A stretch of DNA of 64,000 nt from Sedimentisphaerales bacterium. Lineage in GTDB: Bacteria; Planctomycetota; Phycisphaerae; Sedimentisphaerales; SM23-30. Below are positions 38,934 to 50,856 of the stretch, one piece after another. The notes beneath the pieces were generated by a model that worked only from the letters and a program-made list of their open reading frames with translations, did no database searches and had not been told where the DNA came from. The position numbers were made by a program, and so were the translations under genes. The stretch covers positions 192,001 through 256,000 of the forward strand of contig CAXXFK010000028.1 in NCBI GenBank assembly GCA_963663965.2, given 5' to 3'. Position 1 is the stretch's first letter. Each line of letters begins with the position of its first letter.

Positions 38934-40757
38934 CTATTTATCCTTTCCGCCTCCCAGCAGGTTTTTAAGCCCGTCCTTTAGATTGTCTGTTTTGATGATA
39001 TCTTTGATTTCCTCGGGGACCTTATCGCCGAGATTTTTTTCAAGCTGTTTGTTGACTTCTTCGGCCAGTCTGGCTTTGCCGGCCTGTTTGAGCTTGTCCG
39101 TAAACGTTTTGCTGAGCGCTTCACTGTCAAAGGCTATTCTGGGCTCTGTAACAGGGCCAACAATCTGTATGGTCAGGTCCAGATTGTCCATCACTTTAAG
39201 GACTTCGGCCGATGTCTTTTGGTCGAGCCCAAACAGGCCCTTTTCGCCAGCACCGGCCTGCATGTCTTTAATGTTCACGTTTAGCGCCAGATCAACCCGA
39301 TCCCTGGTCAATCGGCCCTCGATGGTACCCGAGGCTTTACCGCCGCTGAACTGCACCGCATTACTGCGGTTCAACTCAGACTGCATCAGGGCCATGTCGA
39401 TCCCTTCAAACATCCCGCTGATTTTGCCAGGTTCCTCGTCTGACTCGAAATGCCAGATGAGTTTGACGTGAGCGCCGCCGCTTTGTGACTGGATATCCAT
39501 CTCGATCGGTAAGCCGGCCGCCGCCGGGGCGTTACTGACGTTGGCGACTGTAATCGTACTCAGCCCGAACTGGTTAATATCCAGTTCCACCTTGTCGGCA
39601 ATAATTTTCTTTGCCAGCATTTTAACCGTGGGCGACTGGGCTGATTTGGCCGTCAGATAGTCCAGGTATCTCTGCGGCGTTGTCGGCTCTGCGTCTATCT
39701 CTGACTTCGGAATCCAGCGGCGAATTTTAGCGATCCATTCCTTGATCTTTTTGGCATTTTCAAAGTATTTATCGAGCGTGCCCAGGTCAACATTATCAAC
39801 GTCCGAGTCGGTCTGCCCGGACGAAGAGGACTCCTGCTGCGGCTTTTCAATAACCTGACCTGGTGTATCCCGCTTCTGATCGAACTTTATATCCGAGACC
39901 AGGATCTCATCCATCACCAGCCGGCCTACGGATAGATCATAGACATTGGCCTGAGCGGCAACCTGCCCGATCTGAACCTTGTTCTGCGTCGGATTTTCCC
40001 TGTCTGTCATCCCGATGGCGGCAATCGATACCTTTCCCGTCGCCGGAGAAAGATTTAACGACTCAATGTCTACCGTGGCGCCGTTGATCGCCGTCAAGGC
40101 CTTGGATGCCCTGTTGCTAATCATCGTGTCTTTCATGAATAGGATCAGTGCGATAAAGATCATCAGAATCAGCACGGCCAGGGCCGCACCTGCCTTTCTC
40201 AAATAGACCGTTTTGGCCTCCAACGCCGTTTTGGCATCTTTCGCCCGTTTGCCGATCAAGATCCGGTCCATGATTTTGACATGCCGTTTGGATTGCCAGT
40301 TAACAAATTTTTCGGAACTATTTTCAAGTTTTTGCCAGGTCTTGCGGAAACCGAGGATCATATACCCGACGATTACGCCGAGGATGATCCCGTCTACAGG
40401 CCCACTCACAACAGCCCCCACCACAGCCGGTCGATTAAAGTCGGTCAGTCCAATAATCGGGATCATGCTCAGGATTTGCAGCAGCCAGGCCACGTGGTCC
40501 TGTATATACAACCCTATATGATAGAGAATCGGCGCCGTGGCCCAACAGCAGGATTTGCCCAATCCGGCAAAGAGCAAAAACAGGCCTGTCGGCACATTTA
40601 AGAAAACCAAGGCGATCAAAATCACGGCATGAACACCTGAAAATCCCGGAATCAGTCCGAACCAGAAACCCAATCCCACAGCAATACCGGCCAGAACCGG
40701 TGAGACCTGTCCGCGAAACAAAGCCACCAACTTGCGAATTTTCTTCAGAAAGGCCAT
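38934..40757 (-). CDS. TIGR03546 (DUF2062)-like membrane domain fused to a TIGR03545/AsmA-like domain
   Basis: N-terminal SPVLAGIAVGLGFWFGLIP membrane block; then GATVDI, GMTDRENP and beta-rich C-terminal IVGPVTEPRI. Confidence 0.6.
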   Translation of the reverse strand: MAFLKKIRKLVALFRGQVSPVLAGIAVGLGFWFGLIPGFSGVHAVILIALVFLNVPTGLFLLFAGLGKSCCWATAPILYHIGLYIQDHVAWLLQILSMIPIIGLTDFNRPAVVGAVVSGPVDGIILGVIVGYMILGFRKTWQKLENSSEKFVNWQSKRHVKIMDRILIGKRAKDAKTALEAKTVYLRKAGAALAVLILMIFIALILFMKDTMISNRASKALTAINGATVDIESLNLSPATGKVSIAAIGMTDRENPTQNKVQIGQVAAQANVYDLSVGRLVMDEILVSDIKFDQKRDTPGQVIEKPQQESSSSGQTDSDVDNVDLGTLDKYFENAKKIKEWIAKIRRWIPKSEIDAEPTTPQRYLDYLTAKSAQSPTVKMLAKKIIADKVELDINQFGLSTITVANVSNAPAAAGLPIEMDIQSQSGGAHVKLIWHFESDEEPGKISGMFEGIDMALMQSELNRSNAVQFSGGKASGTIEGRLTRDRVDLALNVNIKDMQAGAGEKGLFGLDQKTSAEVLKVMDNLDLTIQIVGPVTEPRIAFDSEALSKTFTDKLKQAGKARLAEEVNKQLEKNLGDKVPEEIKDIIKTDNLKDGLKNLLGGGKDK

Positions 40758-41123
40758 ACGATTTCTCCTGTGTATAAAAAGACTGTATGATGGTCATTGT
40801 ATCAAAGAGCGTCAAACAGGGGCGGGAGCACCTATGTCTGACAGTTCCCATTTAAACGCTCAAAGACTATAAATTTTTCTTAACGACATCGACAATTTTA
40901 CAAACTTCATTGCCACAGGATCAAGAAAAATCCATTCCATACCCGTTTTTTCACAAAATCCCGTAAATAGACGGTTTTCTCCTGTTGTGATTTTGTGGTA
41001 TAATTTCTACAATTAGACCAGGTACTATACTATCTGGCAGATGGCTGCCGGACTGTAACTTGCTTATCGTGTTCTAGCTTCTGCAGGGTGAAAAGAAAAT
41101 AAATCAAAAAGCGGGGCCGCCTT

Positions 41124-41939
41124 ATGAAAGCATCTGAGAAACCGCCGATAAAAATTCAGATTATCGAGATGACACCGGAGGATGCCGGTACGGCGGCATT
41201 ATGCGGGCATAAAGATCCGGGCAAGGGGTGTTATCAACACAAGTTTCAGTGGCTCAAACAACGCATGGCTGAAGGCTTGAAGGTGAAACTGCTCAAGACG
41301 CCGGCGGATGGTTTTGTCGGTTACATCGAGTATGTGCCGGGTGAATACGCCTGGCGGGCGGTGAACGCTGAGGGTTACCTGTTTATTCACTGCATCTACA
41401 TCGGGAAAAAAAGTTGCAAGGGCAGAGGGTATGGAACATTGCTGATTCAGGCGTGTGAGCAGGATGCCGGGAAAGCCGATATGAACGGTGTGGCCGTGGT
41501 CACGCGCCAGGGGACCTGGATGGCAGACAAGGAATTATTCCTCAAGAACGGGTTCGAAGAGGTGGAGCAGGCGGAACCGGATTTTTCTCTGCTGATGAAG
41601 AAATTTAAGCCATCCGCGCCCACACCGGGTTTTAAGGGTCAGTGGGATAAGAAGCGAAAGAAATACGGCAAAGGTCTGACTATTATTACTTCCGGCCAGT
41701 GCCCTCACAATTTGAAAATGGTAAACGATATTACCGGGATCGCCCAGGAGCAATACGGTATCGAACCAAAGATTATTGAGTATAAAAACTGCCGGCAGGC
41801 CCAGAACGCGCCCTGGCCCTATGCTGTTTCCGGCGTGCTCTATAATGGCAAACTGGTTGCCGATCATCCCATCAGCGGCACGAGATTTAAGGCTATCATG
41901 GAAAAAGAGGCAGGAATAGCGGCCATTAAGAAAAGCTGA
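41124..41939 (+). CDS. GNAT acetyltransferase with YoaP-like domain
   Basis: IEYVPGEYAWR, KGRGYG, QCPH and AQNAP motifs. Confidence 0.85.
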   Translation: MKASEKPPIKIQIIEMTPEDAGTAALCGHKDPGKGCYQHKFQWLKQRMAEGLKVKLLKTPADGFVGYIEYVPGEYAWRAVNAEGYLFIHCIYIGKKSCKGRGYGTLLIQACEQDAGKADMNGVAVVTRQGTWMADKELFLKNGFEEVEQAEPDFSLLMKKFKPSAPTPGFKGQWDKKRKKYGKGLTIITSGQCPHNLKMVNDITGIAQEQYGIEPKIIEYKNCRQAQNAPWPYAVSGVLYNGKLVADHPISGTRFKAIMEKEAGIAAIKKS

Positions 41940-42112
41940 TTGGTAAGGCCGGAATTAGGGTGATGAAGCAGGTCTGGTTCTTCCTGACAGCATTCCGCAG
42001 CCCTGGACCGGCAGTGCCGGAGCCAAAAAAGCGTGGGAATCATTGATTTGTTTCAATGGGGAGGCTCTTGAGGATCATCGGCCTCGCTACAAAAATTATT
42101 TTGCCAGGCACG

Positions 42113-42637
42113 CTAAATCGGTTCGTCCGGCCCGGCTTCATCTTCCGGACGCCTATCTTCCGTTGAAACGCGCCCCTGGGAGCCAGCGCCTTTGAGTTCA
42201 TCGATGAATACGCGAAAGTATCGCAAGCTCGACAGGACCAGCGCCAATCCGATCGCGATATACAAAATGGCCAGATACTGCCTGGGCAGGGTGGAATGAC
42301 GCAACAGCCGGCCCATCGTCACCATCACGATAATCAGAAAATAATTTCTCCAGGTAAAAAATGAGAATACACACCGACTGCCCGCCAGCGACAGGATGCG
42401 GGCGATATTTTTCGCGGCTATCCGGCTGAATCCCAGATGATGAATCAGTACAGCCGCCGCCACACCCGATCCGACACACACCAGGCTTACGGCACGCTGC
42501 CCCCCGGTCAGCCAAAACCCTGCCAGAACCAGCAAAAGAACTCCCACGCCCAGCCAGGCCAAGCCTGCCAGCGCCAGCAAAAAACGCCGCGGCACTGCCG
42601 GTTTGAACCTGTCCATTTTTTTCATTGCGTTTTCCAT
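42113..42637 (-). CDS. Conserved membrane protein
   Basis: Four hydrophobic helices. Confidence 0.7.
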   Translation of the reverse strand: MENAMKKMDRFKPAVPRRFLLALAGLAWLGVGVLLLVLAGFWLTGGQRAVSLVCVGSGVAAAVLIHHLGFSRIAAKNIARILSLAGSRCVFSFFTWRNYFLIIVMVTMGRLLRHSTLPRQYLAILYIAIGLALVLSSLRYFRVFIDELKGAGSQGRVSTEDRRPEDEAGPDEPI

Positions 42638-42670
42638 TTGAGTTCTTAAAGGGCTGATTGAAACCTGGGT

Positions 42671-42997
42671 TTATTCCATGGCTTTTTCTTCGGCTGAGGA
42701 TAGCTCTTTGAGCTGGTCACAGGGGTAGTCGCGGCAGGAGGTACAACTCTCAAGGTTCTTCTGTCTGGCGCAGTTTCTGATGGCGCAATCCGTATTGAAG
42801 AACCTTCCGGATGTGGCTTTACAGCCGTCGCAATCGGCGATGTCTTCGGGGTGGCAATGATGGCCGTAGATTGTCTCGATCTGCCGGGCGATTTCTGTCC
42901 TCATTTCCAGACGCTTGTGCTCATCGTCCAGCCGGGTAGCCAGATAGATGGCGCAACCCTGGCAGGTCCCGCCGCAATAGGATGTTTGTTCGGCCAT
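42671..42997 (-). CDS. DUF3795-like Cys-rich protein
   Basis: CGGTCQGC, CDGC, CAIRNC and CTSCRDYPC. Confidence 0.8.
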   Translation of the reverse strand: MAEQTSYCGGTCQGCAIYLATRLDDEHKRLEMRTEIARQIETIYGHHCHPEDIADCDGCKATSGRFFNTDCAIRNCARQKNLESCTSCRDYPCDQLKELSSAEEKAME

Positions 42998-43070
42998 TTT
43001 AATTTAGTTTCCTTTCAAGCAGGTTTTTCTGGACGAAGCTACGAATCAGGCGGATACAAAATCGGCTGGA

Positions 43071-44999
43071 TCAGCCAATGATTGGTTTACTGTCCGATAG
43101 GTCTAAAATCTCAATCAGTCGTTTTTTTCTGACGTGCCGGTTTCGCAGATCGTTTAAATAGTTTTTCCATTCCGTTAGTTTTTTACACCGTTTCATGATC
43201 TTTTCCGCTTTTCGCAAATATCGAACGGCCTGTTCGTACGCGCTGGGTTTGGTCTGATTGATAAGACCTTCAGCGATGGTTTGCCAGATCGCGACGGCAC
43301 GTTCCGGAGCATGCTCCTCAATGGCAACGGCAATTCTGTCATCTCCAATACTTATCCAATTTCTATTGTTCTTTAATGATTGATCATACCAGAAAAGCAC
43401 CCGGTCCGGTTGTTTTTCCTTAATAGCGATATCGATAAGCTTATTGAGCATCGGGAAAGTCTTGGCAGATAACTTGTCCGGTTTAAATTGGCTGGATTTA
43501 CCCAGCGGCCACTTTTTATGCTGCCAGGGCAATTGACCTTTTTCCAGATACAGCAACAGGGATTCTCGAACCGCCGGCCAGGTTTTAGTCTTTTTAGTAG
43601 CCTTTTGGCATTCGGCATAAGACTCTGTTGAGGGATACCGAACAAATTCTTCGGCTTGCATCATGGCCACGGCAGCCCAATCCTTTTGCGATGAACGAAT
43701 CTCCTTCAGACTGTTTCTCAATCTGGAAGCGATTCCCGGCTCCGTATTTTCGGTTTTTTTTATGCCTTCCTGAATCCAGCGTTCGGCATCTTCGTGCTTT
43801 TTATCCGAAATCAGATATTGCACCAGCCGGATATAGTTGCCGGTCTTTGAGACTTCGGCTTCGCACAACGGGATGACTTCATTCTCTCTGCCGGCCTGAT
43901 CCAGGGCATAGATAATCCAGTCGATCAGCCGGTCTCTCGCATACTTCCAATGATAATCGTTGGGCCCGTTTGAAGATTTTGCCTGTTTGAGCCGTTTGAG
44001 TAAACGGTCAGCCAGATGACTCCAATCCGCCTGGGCGTGCTTGCGCTCAAGATAATCCTCGAAGGCGTTTAATATATCGTAGTCATCTTTCAGCACGGTA
44101 TCGACCGCCCAGGCCAGTTTGTCAACGCCGGACAGGGAAGACGCTTCCAGCGCCCGGACCAGGATCGGCACACAATCCTCTATTTCCATGGCGGTGTCGC
44201 CATCGTCATCGCTTTGCTCAACCTGCTGGATGCCCAGGTCGATCAGCTCTGCGCCCAACGATAATAGCTGATCCTGATGCCCTGCTTCCAACAGCCTTTC
44301 AAACTGCTTACGGATCGCGGAATAATCCGGTGTATAACCATCGTGGTTCCAATAATCTTGCCATCCGGGCTCGCTGGATATTTTACGGATATCGTTCCGC
44401 AAACGATTCACTAAAGTTTTTGTGTCTCCGGATGAAAGCTGTTGGCGGTCGGTCAATTCCTGGGCCAGGCCGGGAAATTTGCCCGCCAGTTCCACGATCA
44501 GTTCGCCCAGTTGCGCTTTGGTTTTATTCTTAAGAAAAGCGGCGATGTCGGTTTTCTCTTTGGGGGTCAGTGTGGATTCCTCGTCCTCCTCGTCCTCATC
44601 TTCATCATCCTCGTCGAACTCATCGTCACCCTCGTCCCAGCGCTCATCGTCGAATAGCTTGAGTCGTTCATCGTCGCCGGCCGCCAGGGGCACCTTCTTT
44701 TTCTGTTTGACCTGCTCCAGGTATTCCAGTACAACGGCGACCCCGTGTTTGCAGTCATATTCATACGGGCAGGTACAGACCGATTCCGGCAGGCCGTCTT
44801 CATCAATGGTCACCTGGGTAGCATACCGGTGGGTGCCGTCCACCCAGGCGATCAGGCCGCCATTGTCCAACCGCGCCAGATGGGACACCAGCTTCTGCCG
44901 CTGATAACTTTTGCCCCGGCCGACAATCGTACTGCCCGCCCAGCGTTGCAGGTCGTTCCAAGATAGCTGAGCGAAGGGATCGGATTTTTTTCTGGCCAT
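43071..44999 (-). CDS. SWIM zinc-finger protein
   Basis: RGKSY and CTCPYEYDCKH; acidic linker; helical repeat C-terminus. Confidence 0.85.
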   Translation of the reverse strand: MARKKSDPFAQLSWNDLQRWAGSTIVGRGKSYQRQKLVSHLARLDNGGLIAWVDGTHRYATQVTIDEDGLPESVCTCPYEYDCKHGVAVVLEYLEQVKQKKKVPLAAGDDERLKLFDDERWDEGDDEFDEDDEDEDEEDEESTLTPKEKTDIAAFLKNKTKAQLGELIVELAGKFPGLAQELTDRQQLSSGDTKTLVNRLRNDIRKISSEPGWQDYWNHDGYTPDYSAIRKQFERLLEAGHQDQLLSLGAELIDLGIQQVEQSDDDGDTAMEIEDCVPILVRALEASSLSGVDKLAWAVDTVLKDDYDILNAFEDYLERKHAQADWSHLADRLLKRLKQAKSSNGPNDYHWKYARDRLIDWIIYALDQAGRENEVIPLCEAEVSKTGNYIRLVQYLISDKKHEDAERWIQEGIKKTENTEPGIASRLRNSLKEIRSSQKDWAAVAMMQAEEFVRYPSTESYAECQKATKKTKTWPAVRESLLLYLEKGQLPWQHKKWPLGKSSQFKPDKLSAKTFPMLNKLIDIAIKEKQPDRVLFWYDQSLKNNRNWISIGDDRIAVAIEEHAPERAVAIWQTIAEGLINQTKPSAYEQAVRYLRKAEKIMKRCKKLTEWKNYLNDLRNRHVRKKRLIEILDLSDSKPIIG

Positions 45000-45422
45000 G
45001 GATTGTTCCTTTTTATTAGGGTAGTCACGCGATGGTAATTCGATACCAACGCTTGCCGGCTATAGGAATAGCATTTGCAGTTATTCAGTGGCGATTGCGA
45101 ATATTTTACCACACATTGCGAGATTGTCAAACAAGGCAAATCAGGGTTTTTCTAATCATGTATGCAAGTATAACGAACGGCTAGAACTGGAAATTTTTAT
45201 TAATCGCCAAGATATTATGAGTGTGTGTGTTGGGATTAACGACGACATGAAAAAAAATGGAATGTCCAGAGACGGGGTTAGCTGTTGTCTGCGTCTTGTT
45301 CAACAATTCAATGGGTAAGTGTTGAAATGTCAGCAGATTGCAATAATCTGGCCAAGTTATCTGTTATCTTGTTGAGCGTTGCTATTTATTCATCAAGTCA
45401 ATAATATTCATGGTTGATTGTT

Positions 45423-48400
45423 ATGAAAATGGTTCGTCTGATCTTTTGTATAAATATTATTTTGTTATCCTGGTCATTGGCCGGTACCTTGTCGAGTGAT
45501 TTTGCCAGTCCGCCGGTGGATTATCTGCCGGAGACGTGGTTTCATCTGATTGGTGGTAATGTGGCGAAGCCCGGTTTGACGGCGGATCTGGAGGCGGTTA
45601 AGGGGGCCGGATTTGCCGGGATCCATTTATTTCATGGCCAGTTTGGCGGACCCTGGCCGGGGGTGGAACCGCAGGTGGTCTGTCTGAGTCCGTTGTGGGA
45701 TGGTATGATCGGACATGTGGCCGAGGAGTGCCGGCGGCTGGGGCTGACGTTTACCATGCAGAACTGTCCCGGCTGGGCGATGTCCGGCGGGCCGTGGATC
45801 AGTCCGGAACTGGCGATGCGTGAGTTGATTTGCAGCCGCGAGACGATCCAGGGCGGGGGCGAGATAGTGGTCAAGCTCGCACAACCGGAGCCGAGTCAGG
45901 AGCCGTGGCGTGACTATCGGGATATCGCGGCGCTGGCTTTTCCTACGCCGTTGGGTGGCGAGGGGGTGGTACTAAAGCCGGTGCGGGTTACCAGTAACCG
46001 GCCGGAGTTTGCCAGTGACAATCTGTTTTCGGGTCAGCGTAATGCCCGGCTGCGGTTGGAACCGGGCCAGGGGCTGCTTCAGCTGGAGGTGCGTTTTGAC
46101 CGGGAGGTTACGTTGCGCAGTCTGGAACTGCCATCCGTTGCGCAAATGACATTTAACCGGGAATACGATCCGGGTATCAAGGTGCTGATCGCGGTTCCGC
46201 AGGGTCAGCAGTGGGGGGAGGTGGCGCGCCGGGTGGTTCCGCGCAGTAACTGGCAGGATAATAAGCCGCTGACACTGGCGGTTTCTGAGGTGACCGGTCA
46301 GGTTTTTCGGATCAGCTTTGAAGTCGCCCGGCCGGTTGTGCTCGATTATCTTGACCTATCCTCGATAGCGCGGATCGATGACTGGCAGGGGCAGGGGGGC
46401 TATGTCCTGCGGAACCTGGACCGGAGTTTTCAGCCGCAACAGTCGCGGGCCGGCTGGCTGCGGGCGGATGACATTATTGACCTGAGCGAAAAAGTGGATG
46501 GGGATGGGGTGTTGCACTGGCAGGCGCCGGAAGGCAACTGGACGGTGCTGCGGTTCGGGCACGTCAATACCGGGGCAAAAAATGGCCCGGCTCCGGCTGA
46601 GGCCACCGGATTTGAATGCAACAAACTCGACAAGGCCGGCGCGGAGGCGCATTTTGCTGGTTATATTGGCAGGCTGATTGCGGCCGGCGGGCCGGTTGGG
46701 CCGGGCCGGCTGGATGGCATGTTAACGGACAGTTGGGAATGCCATACCCAGACCTGGACCGGGGCCATGGTGCAGGAGTTTGCCGCCCGGCGTGGGTATG
46801 CATTGCGGACCTGGCTGCCGGCGCTGGCCGGGTGGGTGATTGAGGACCATCTGACCAGCGAGCGTTTTTTGCGGGATTGGCGGGCGACGATCAGTGATCT
46901 GCTGGTTGAGAATTATTTTGGCCGGCTGGCCGAGCTGGGGCATGACAGCGGTTTAACAATTTCCTTTGAGACGGCGCTGGGCGATGTGAGTCCCGGCGAT
47001 ATCTTGCAGTATTACAGCCGGGCCGATATTCCCATGTGTGAGTTCTGGCAGCCCAATTGTCCGCAATGGGGCGGACTGGAGACCAAGCCCATACTGCCGG
47101 CGGCTTCGGCCACGCATATTTATGGAAAAAAAACGGCTGGCGGCCGAGGCATTCACCAATACCATGTTGCGCTGGGATGAACACCCATTCGCGTTGAAGC
47201 ATATGGCGGATCGGCATTTCGCCCTGGGGGTGACTCACCTGGTGTTTCATACCTATACCCATAATCCCCGCCTGGATGTGGCGCCCGGGACTTCGTTTGG
47301 CGCTTTTATCGGCACACCGTTTTTGCGGGGCCAGACCTGGTGGAAGAGTATGCCGCTTTTCACCGCCTATCTGGCGCGCTGCGGGTTTATGCTCGAGCAG
47401 GGCAATCCGGTGGCTGATGTGCTCTGGTACCTGGGCGATGAACTGGACCACAAACCGCGTCAGGACAGCCCGTTTCCGGATGGCTATCGTTTCGATTATG
47501 TGAATTACGACGCCCTGGCCCATCAGATCGATGTGCAGGGTCGTCTCCTGCGCAATTCGAGCGGTATCACCTGGCAGGTTCTCTGGCTGCCGCCGCAGAC
47601 TTGCGGGCGTCTGACGCCGCAGACGTTGCAGCGGCTTATTGAACTGGTGGAAAAGGGGGCGACTGTTCTGGCGGCGCCGCCGATGGCGAATGCGACCCTG
47701 GCGGGTGGTGTGGAAAATCAGGCGTTTGCCGAAATGGTTCGTCGGTTATGGGGAGAGCATCCGGCGGAAAAGGGAGATCGGACTATCGGCGGCGGAAGGT
47801 TGCTGTGGGGTTTGGAGTTGAAAGAGGCGCTGGAGTTGCTGGCGATTGGTCCGGATTTTGTCAGTGCGGGCGGACTGGAATGTTGCCATCGCCGCAGTGA
47901 AAATGCGGATATTTACTTTATTGCGGCCGGAAGGGATGCGCCGCTAACGGGGAATGTGGGCTTTCGCTGTCAGGGCCCGGTGGCGTTCTGGGATCCACTG
48001 GCCGGGATGAACGAGCCTGTTACCTTGCTCTCGCGCCAGGGAGAGTATACTTATGTTTCGCTTAATTTACCGGCCGGAGGTTCCACTTTTGTGGTCTTTG
48101 ATCGAGCGGGAAGTTCCGATACGCGATGGTTTAGCAAGATTGAGTTTGATGGGCAGACCATCGTGGATGCCGGGGACAGGACCAGGCTGGCCAGTGGCAG
48201 GCCCGGCAGAGTGCAGGGATTGACCGGTGGCCAGGAGAACCAGCCCTGGGTGGATTATCCATTGGTTCAATACGATATAGTGGCCGGGGGCCGGCAATTG
48301 CTGGGCCGGCTTGATGGCCATTATCAATTAACCACGGGTGATGGCCAGGTAGTTGAGGTTAATATTGCCGGGGCACGACAGAGGACTCTTGATGGTCCGT

Positions 48401-48879
48401 GGCGACTGACGTTTCCTGCCGGCTGGGTGGCTGAGGAAAACCAGCATATTACCCTGGCTAAGCTGATCCCATGGTCCAAACTGGATGATCCGGAGAGCCG
48501 GGCTTTTTCGGGTACGGCTGCGTATGAGTGCACCGTGGATGTTGCCGCGATTGATCCGGATGAGCGGGTGATGCTGGATCTGGGCAAGGTGTGTCATATC
48601 GCTTCGGTCAGTGTGAATGGCAAAGCAGTGGCCGAAAAATGGGCGGCGCCGTTTCGATTTGATATCAGCGGATTTCTGGTAAAAGGGGTCAATACGATTA
48701 CGGTTCAGGTGACAAATACCTGGTACAACCGACTGATCTATGATGCCTCCTTACCGGAAGAACAACGAAAGACCTGGACGATCCACGCGCCGGGCCCCCA
48801 GACGCCAATGCAGGAGGCCGGTTTAGTCGGACCGGTGATGCTTCATTGGGGCAAGTTGGTTGATTTGAATGGCGAATAA
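45423..48879 (+). pseudogene. GH106 alpha-L-rhamnosidase-like gene split by a frameshift
   Basis: TWFHLIGGN, NCPGW, DSWE and PMCEFW, then AEAFT and HTYTHNP in another frame. An A8 run at 47126-47133 breaks the frame; A7 restores HIYGKKRLAAEAFT. Confidence 0.88.
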
Positions 48880-48883
48880 GTTA

Positions 48884-50203
48884 TTATCTGCCTGACAGCC
48901 AATAATCAATGATAATCTGCAAATCATCAATAGAAACCATTCCATCTAATGGTTCAAATAAATCGGCTGAGGATTCGGCTGACGCTCTTAACCATTGAGA
49001 AGACAAAGCCGCAACATCTTCAAAGTCAACACCATAGCTGCCTGCGATATCACCGGGAATGTCTTTCTGCCACCAAAGCATCGGGTAACCCATTATATTA
49101 AATGGCATATGCCAGGTCTCTTCCGGGCCGTTTGCGGTTTCAGCATTGAAATCCCAACCGACATTCAAGAAGGTGTTTATATCCTGCATCTGGGCCGTGG
49201 TTTTGCCGATTGCCCCGAAATAATTCTCTCCTGGCCGGCCGATGCCAGAGGTTCCAACATTCCAGAAACTATTAACAATTGTGCCTATATATTGCCAACA
49301 CAGGCCGCCAACACCTACTTCCCCAGCCACAGGCCCAGTTGAATAGCACTGCGATATCGTGCCGGAATTCTCTCCACACAGGCCGCCGATACCCCACTCA
49401 TCCCCTGTCACAGACCCGTTTGCATAGCACTGCGATATTGTGCCGTAATTCTCTCCGCATAAACCGCCGACAAAATCATGCCCTGTTACAGAGCCAGTCG
49501 CGTAACATTGTGTTATCGTGCCTTCATAATGCCATCCGCACAGGCCGCCGGCATATTTTTCACCTCCTGTTATATTACCGGTCGCATAACATAGCGATAT
49601 CGTACCTCCATCATTCTCTCCGCACAAGCCGCCGATATAACTCCTGCCCTTCACAGAACTGGTCGTGTAACACTGTGTTATCGGGCCAGAATTTATTCCA
49701 CACAAACCGCCGACAAAATAATAATTACCCGTTACAGATCCTGTCACATAGCACTGTGTTATCGTGCCATATTTCTTTCCACACAGGCCGCCGACACAAT
49801 CAACACCTTTAATCCTGACATTTTCAATACCAAGATTAGTGATGACAGCGCTGGAATGAAGATAACCAAACAAGCCTAGGTTAGATTCCCCTTCGACTGT
49901 CAGGTTTCTGATGATATGACCGTTTCCATTAAAATGACCATTATATCGGTCATTATTATTCGGCCCTATTGGAGCTTTTGGATATATACCTGCGGCAGTA
50001 AGGTCGAGATCGGTATCCAACCTGGTATAAATTTCGTTAGCCCAATAGCTGTTACTGCCACAGAATGCCTGAAAGTCGGCGAAATCCTCGATTACAAACG
50101 GATCTGTCTGGGTTCCTGAACCGGGTAAAATTCCCTGAGCGGCCAGAGCAATGCTAGAAATCAGACCTAATACGACCAGTGAAAAAAGTTCCGATAAACG
50201 CAT
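48884..50203 (-). CDS. Secreted GLUG-motif protein with dockerin-like C-terminus
   Basis: Signal peptide; GSGTQTDPFVI; GGLCGEN repeats; GDIAGSYGVDFED tail. Confidence 0.88.
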   Translation of the reverse strand: MRLSELFSLVVLGLISSIALAAQGILPGSGTQTDPFVIEDFADFQAFCGSNSYWANEIYTRLDTDLDLTAAGIYPKAPIGPNNNDRYNGHFNGNGHIIRNLTVEGESNLGLFGYLHSSAVITNLGIENVRIKGVDCVGGLCGKKYGTITQCYVTGSVTGNYYFVGGLCGINSGPITQCYTTSSVKGRSYIGGLCGENDGGTISLCYATGNITGGEKYAGGLCGWHYEGTITQCYATGSVTGHDFVGGLCGENYGTISQCYANGSVTGDEWGIGGLCGENSGTISQCYSTGPVAGEVGVGGLCWQYIGTIVNSFWNVGTSGIGRPGENYFGAIGKTTAQMQDINTFLNVGWDFNAETANGPEETWHMPFNIMGYPMLWWQKDIPGDIAGSYGVDFEDVAALSSQWLRASAESSADLFEPLDGMVSIDDLQIIIDYWLSGR

Positions 50204-50418
50204 AAACCTTGCTCCTTTAGAATCTTAAAATTTCTTATCACCAAAAATGATCGCTAAGCGAGCAACCATTACCACAATTTTACGACTGTCGGACGAGAAA
50301 TTCTCTAATATCCTCAATCGTAGATTTCATAAATAACCTTCAAAATGTCATATTACCAGAATAGCAAAAATATCTAATATTTCAATATATTTTTTTGTTA
50401 CGTACCCCCGAATTCTTC

Positions 50419-50856
50419 TTAAATTACAAATGGGATCAGTGTTTTTGTGGTCCGTTTATACTCGGCGTATTCAGGATATCTGGCTATTAAGAGGCTTTCT
50501 TCGTAACGGAATTTGAACCAGAGATCCAGAAATAAAATCAGCCAGTAGCCAACCCGTAATGGGGTGGTGTTGGTCAACAGCAGCATCAGGGTGATGAGCA
50601 AGACCGCGGCATACATGGGGTGCCGTATCCACCGATAAGGTCCGGATGTGACCAGCGGGCTGGTTTCTTTCAAGTCGGGAAAGACATTCAGATTTCGCAA
50701 TTTCATCGTTGCTAATGCCCAGATCATCAAAGCAACCCCGCCGATGACACCGGTCCAGATCAAGAGATTTGTGTTGGGTTTGGAAGTGAGTCCAATGATA
50801 ATGATAAAAACACCCTGGATTAAAACAAAAAGATATGACAGCAGGTTAGTTCGCAT
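50419..50856 (-). CDS. Isoprenylcysteine carboxylmethyltransferase (ICMT/PEMT) family protein
   Basis: LVTSGPYRWIRHPMY and EE..L motifs. Confidence 0.88.
   Translation of the reverse strand: MRTNLLSYLFVLIQGVFIIIIGLTSKPNTNLLIWTGVIGGVALMIWALATMKLRNLNVFPDLKETSPLVTSGPYRWIRHPMYAAVLLITLMLLLTNTTPLRVGYWLILFLDLWFKFRYEESLLIARYPEYAEYKRTTKTLIPFVI

Noticed and set aside
49250..49800. CRISPR-like periodic repeats
   Set aside because: They are the coding GGLCG/QCY repeats of the GLUG protein, degenerate at third codon positions.
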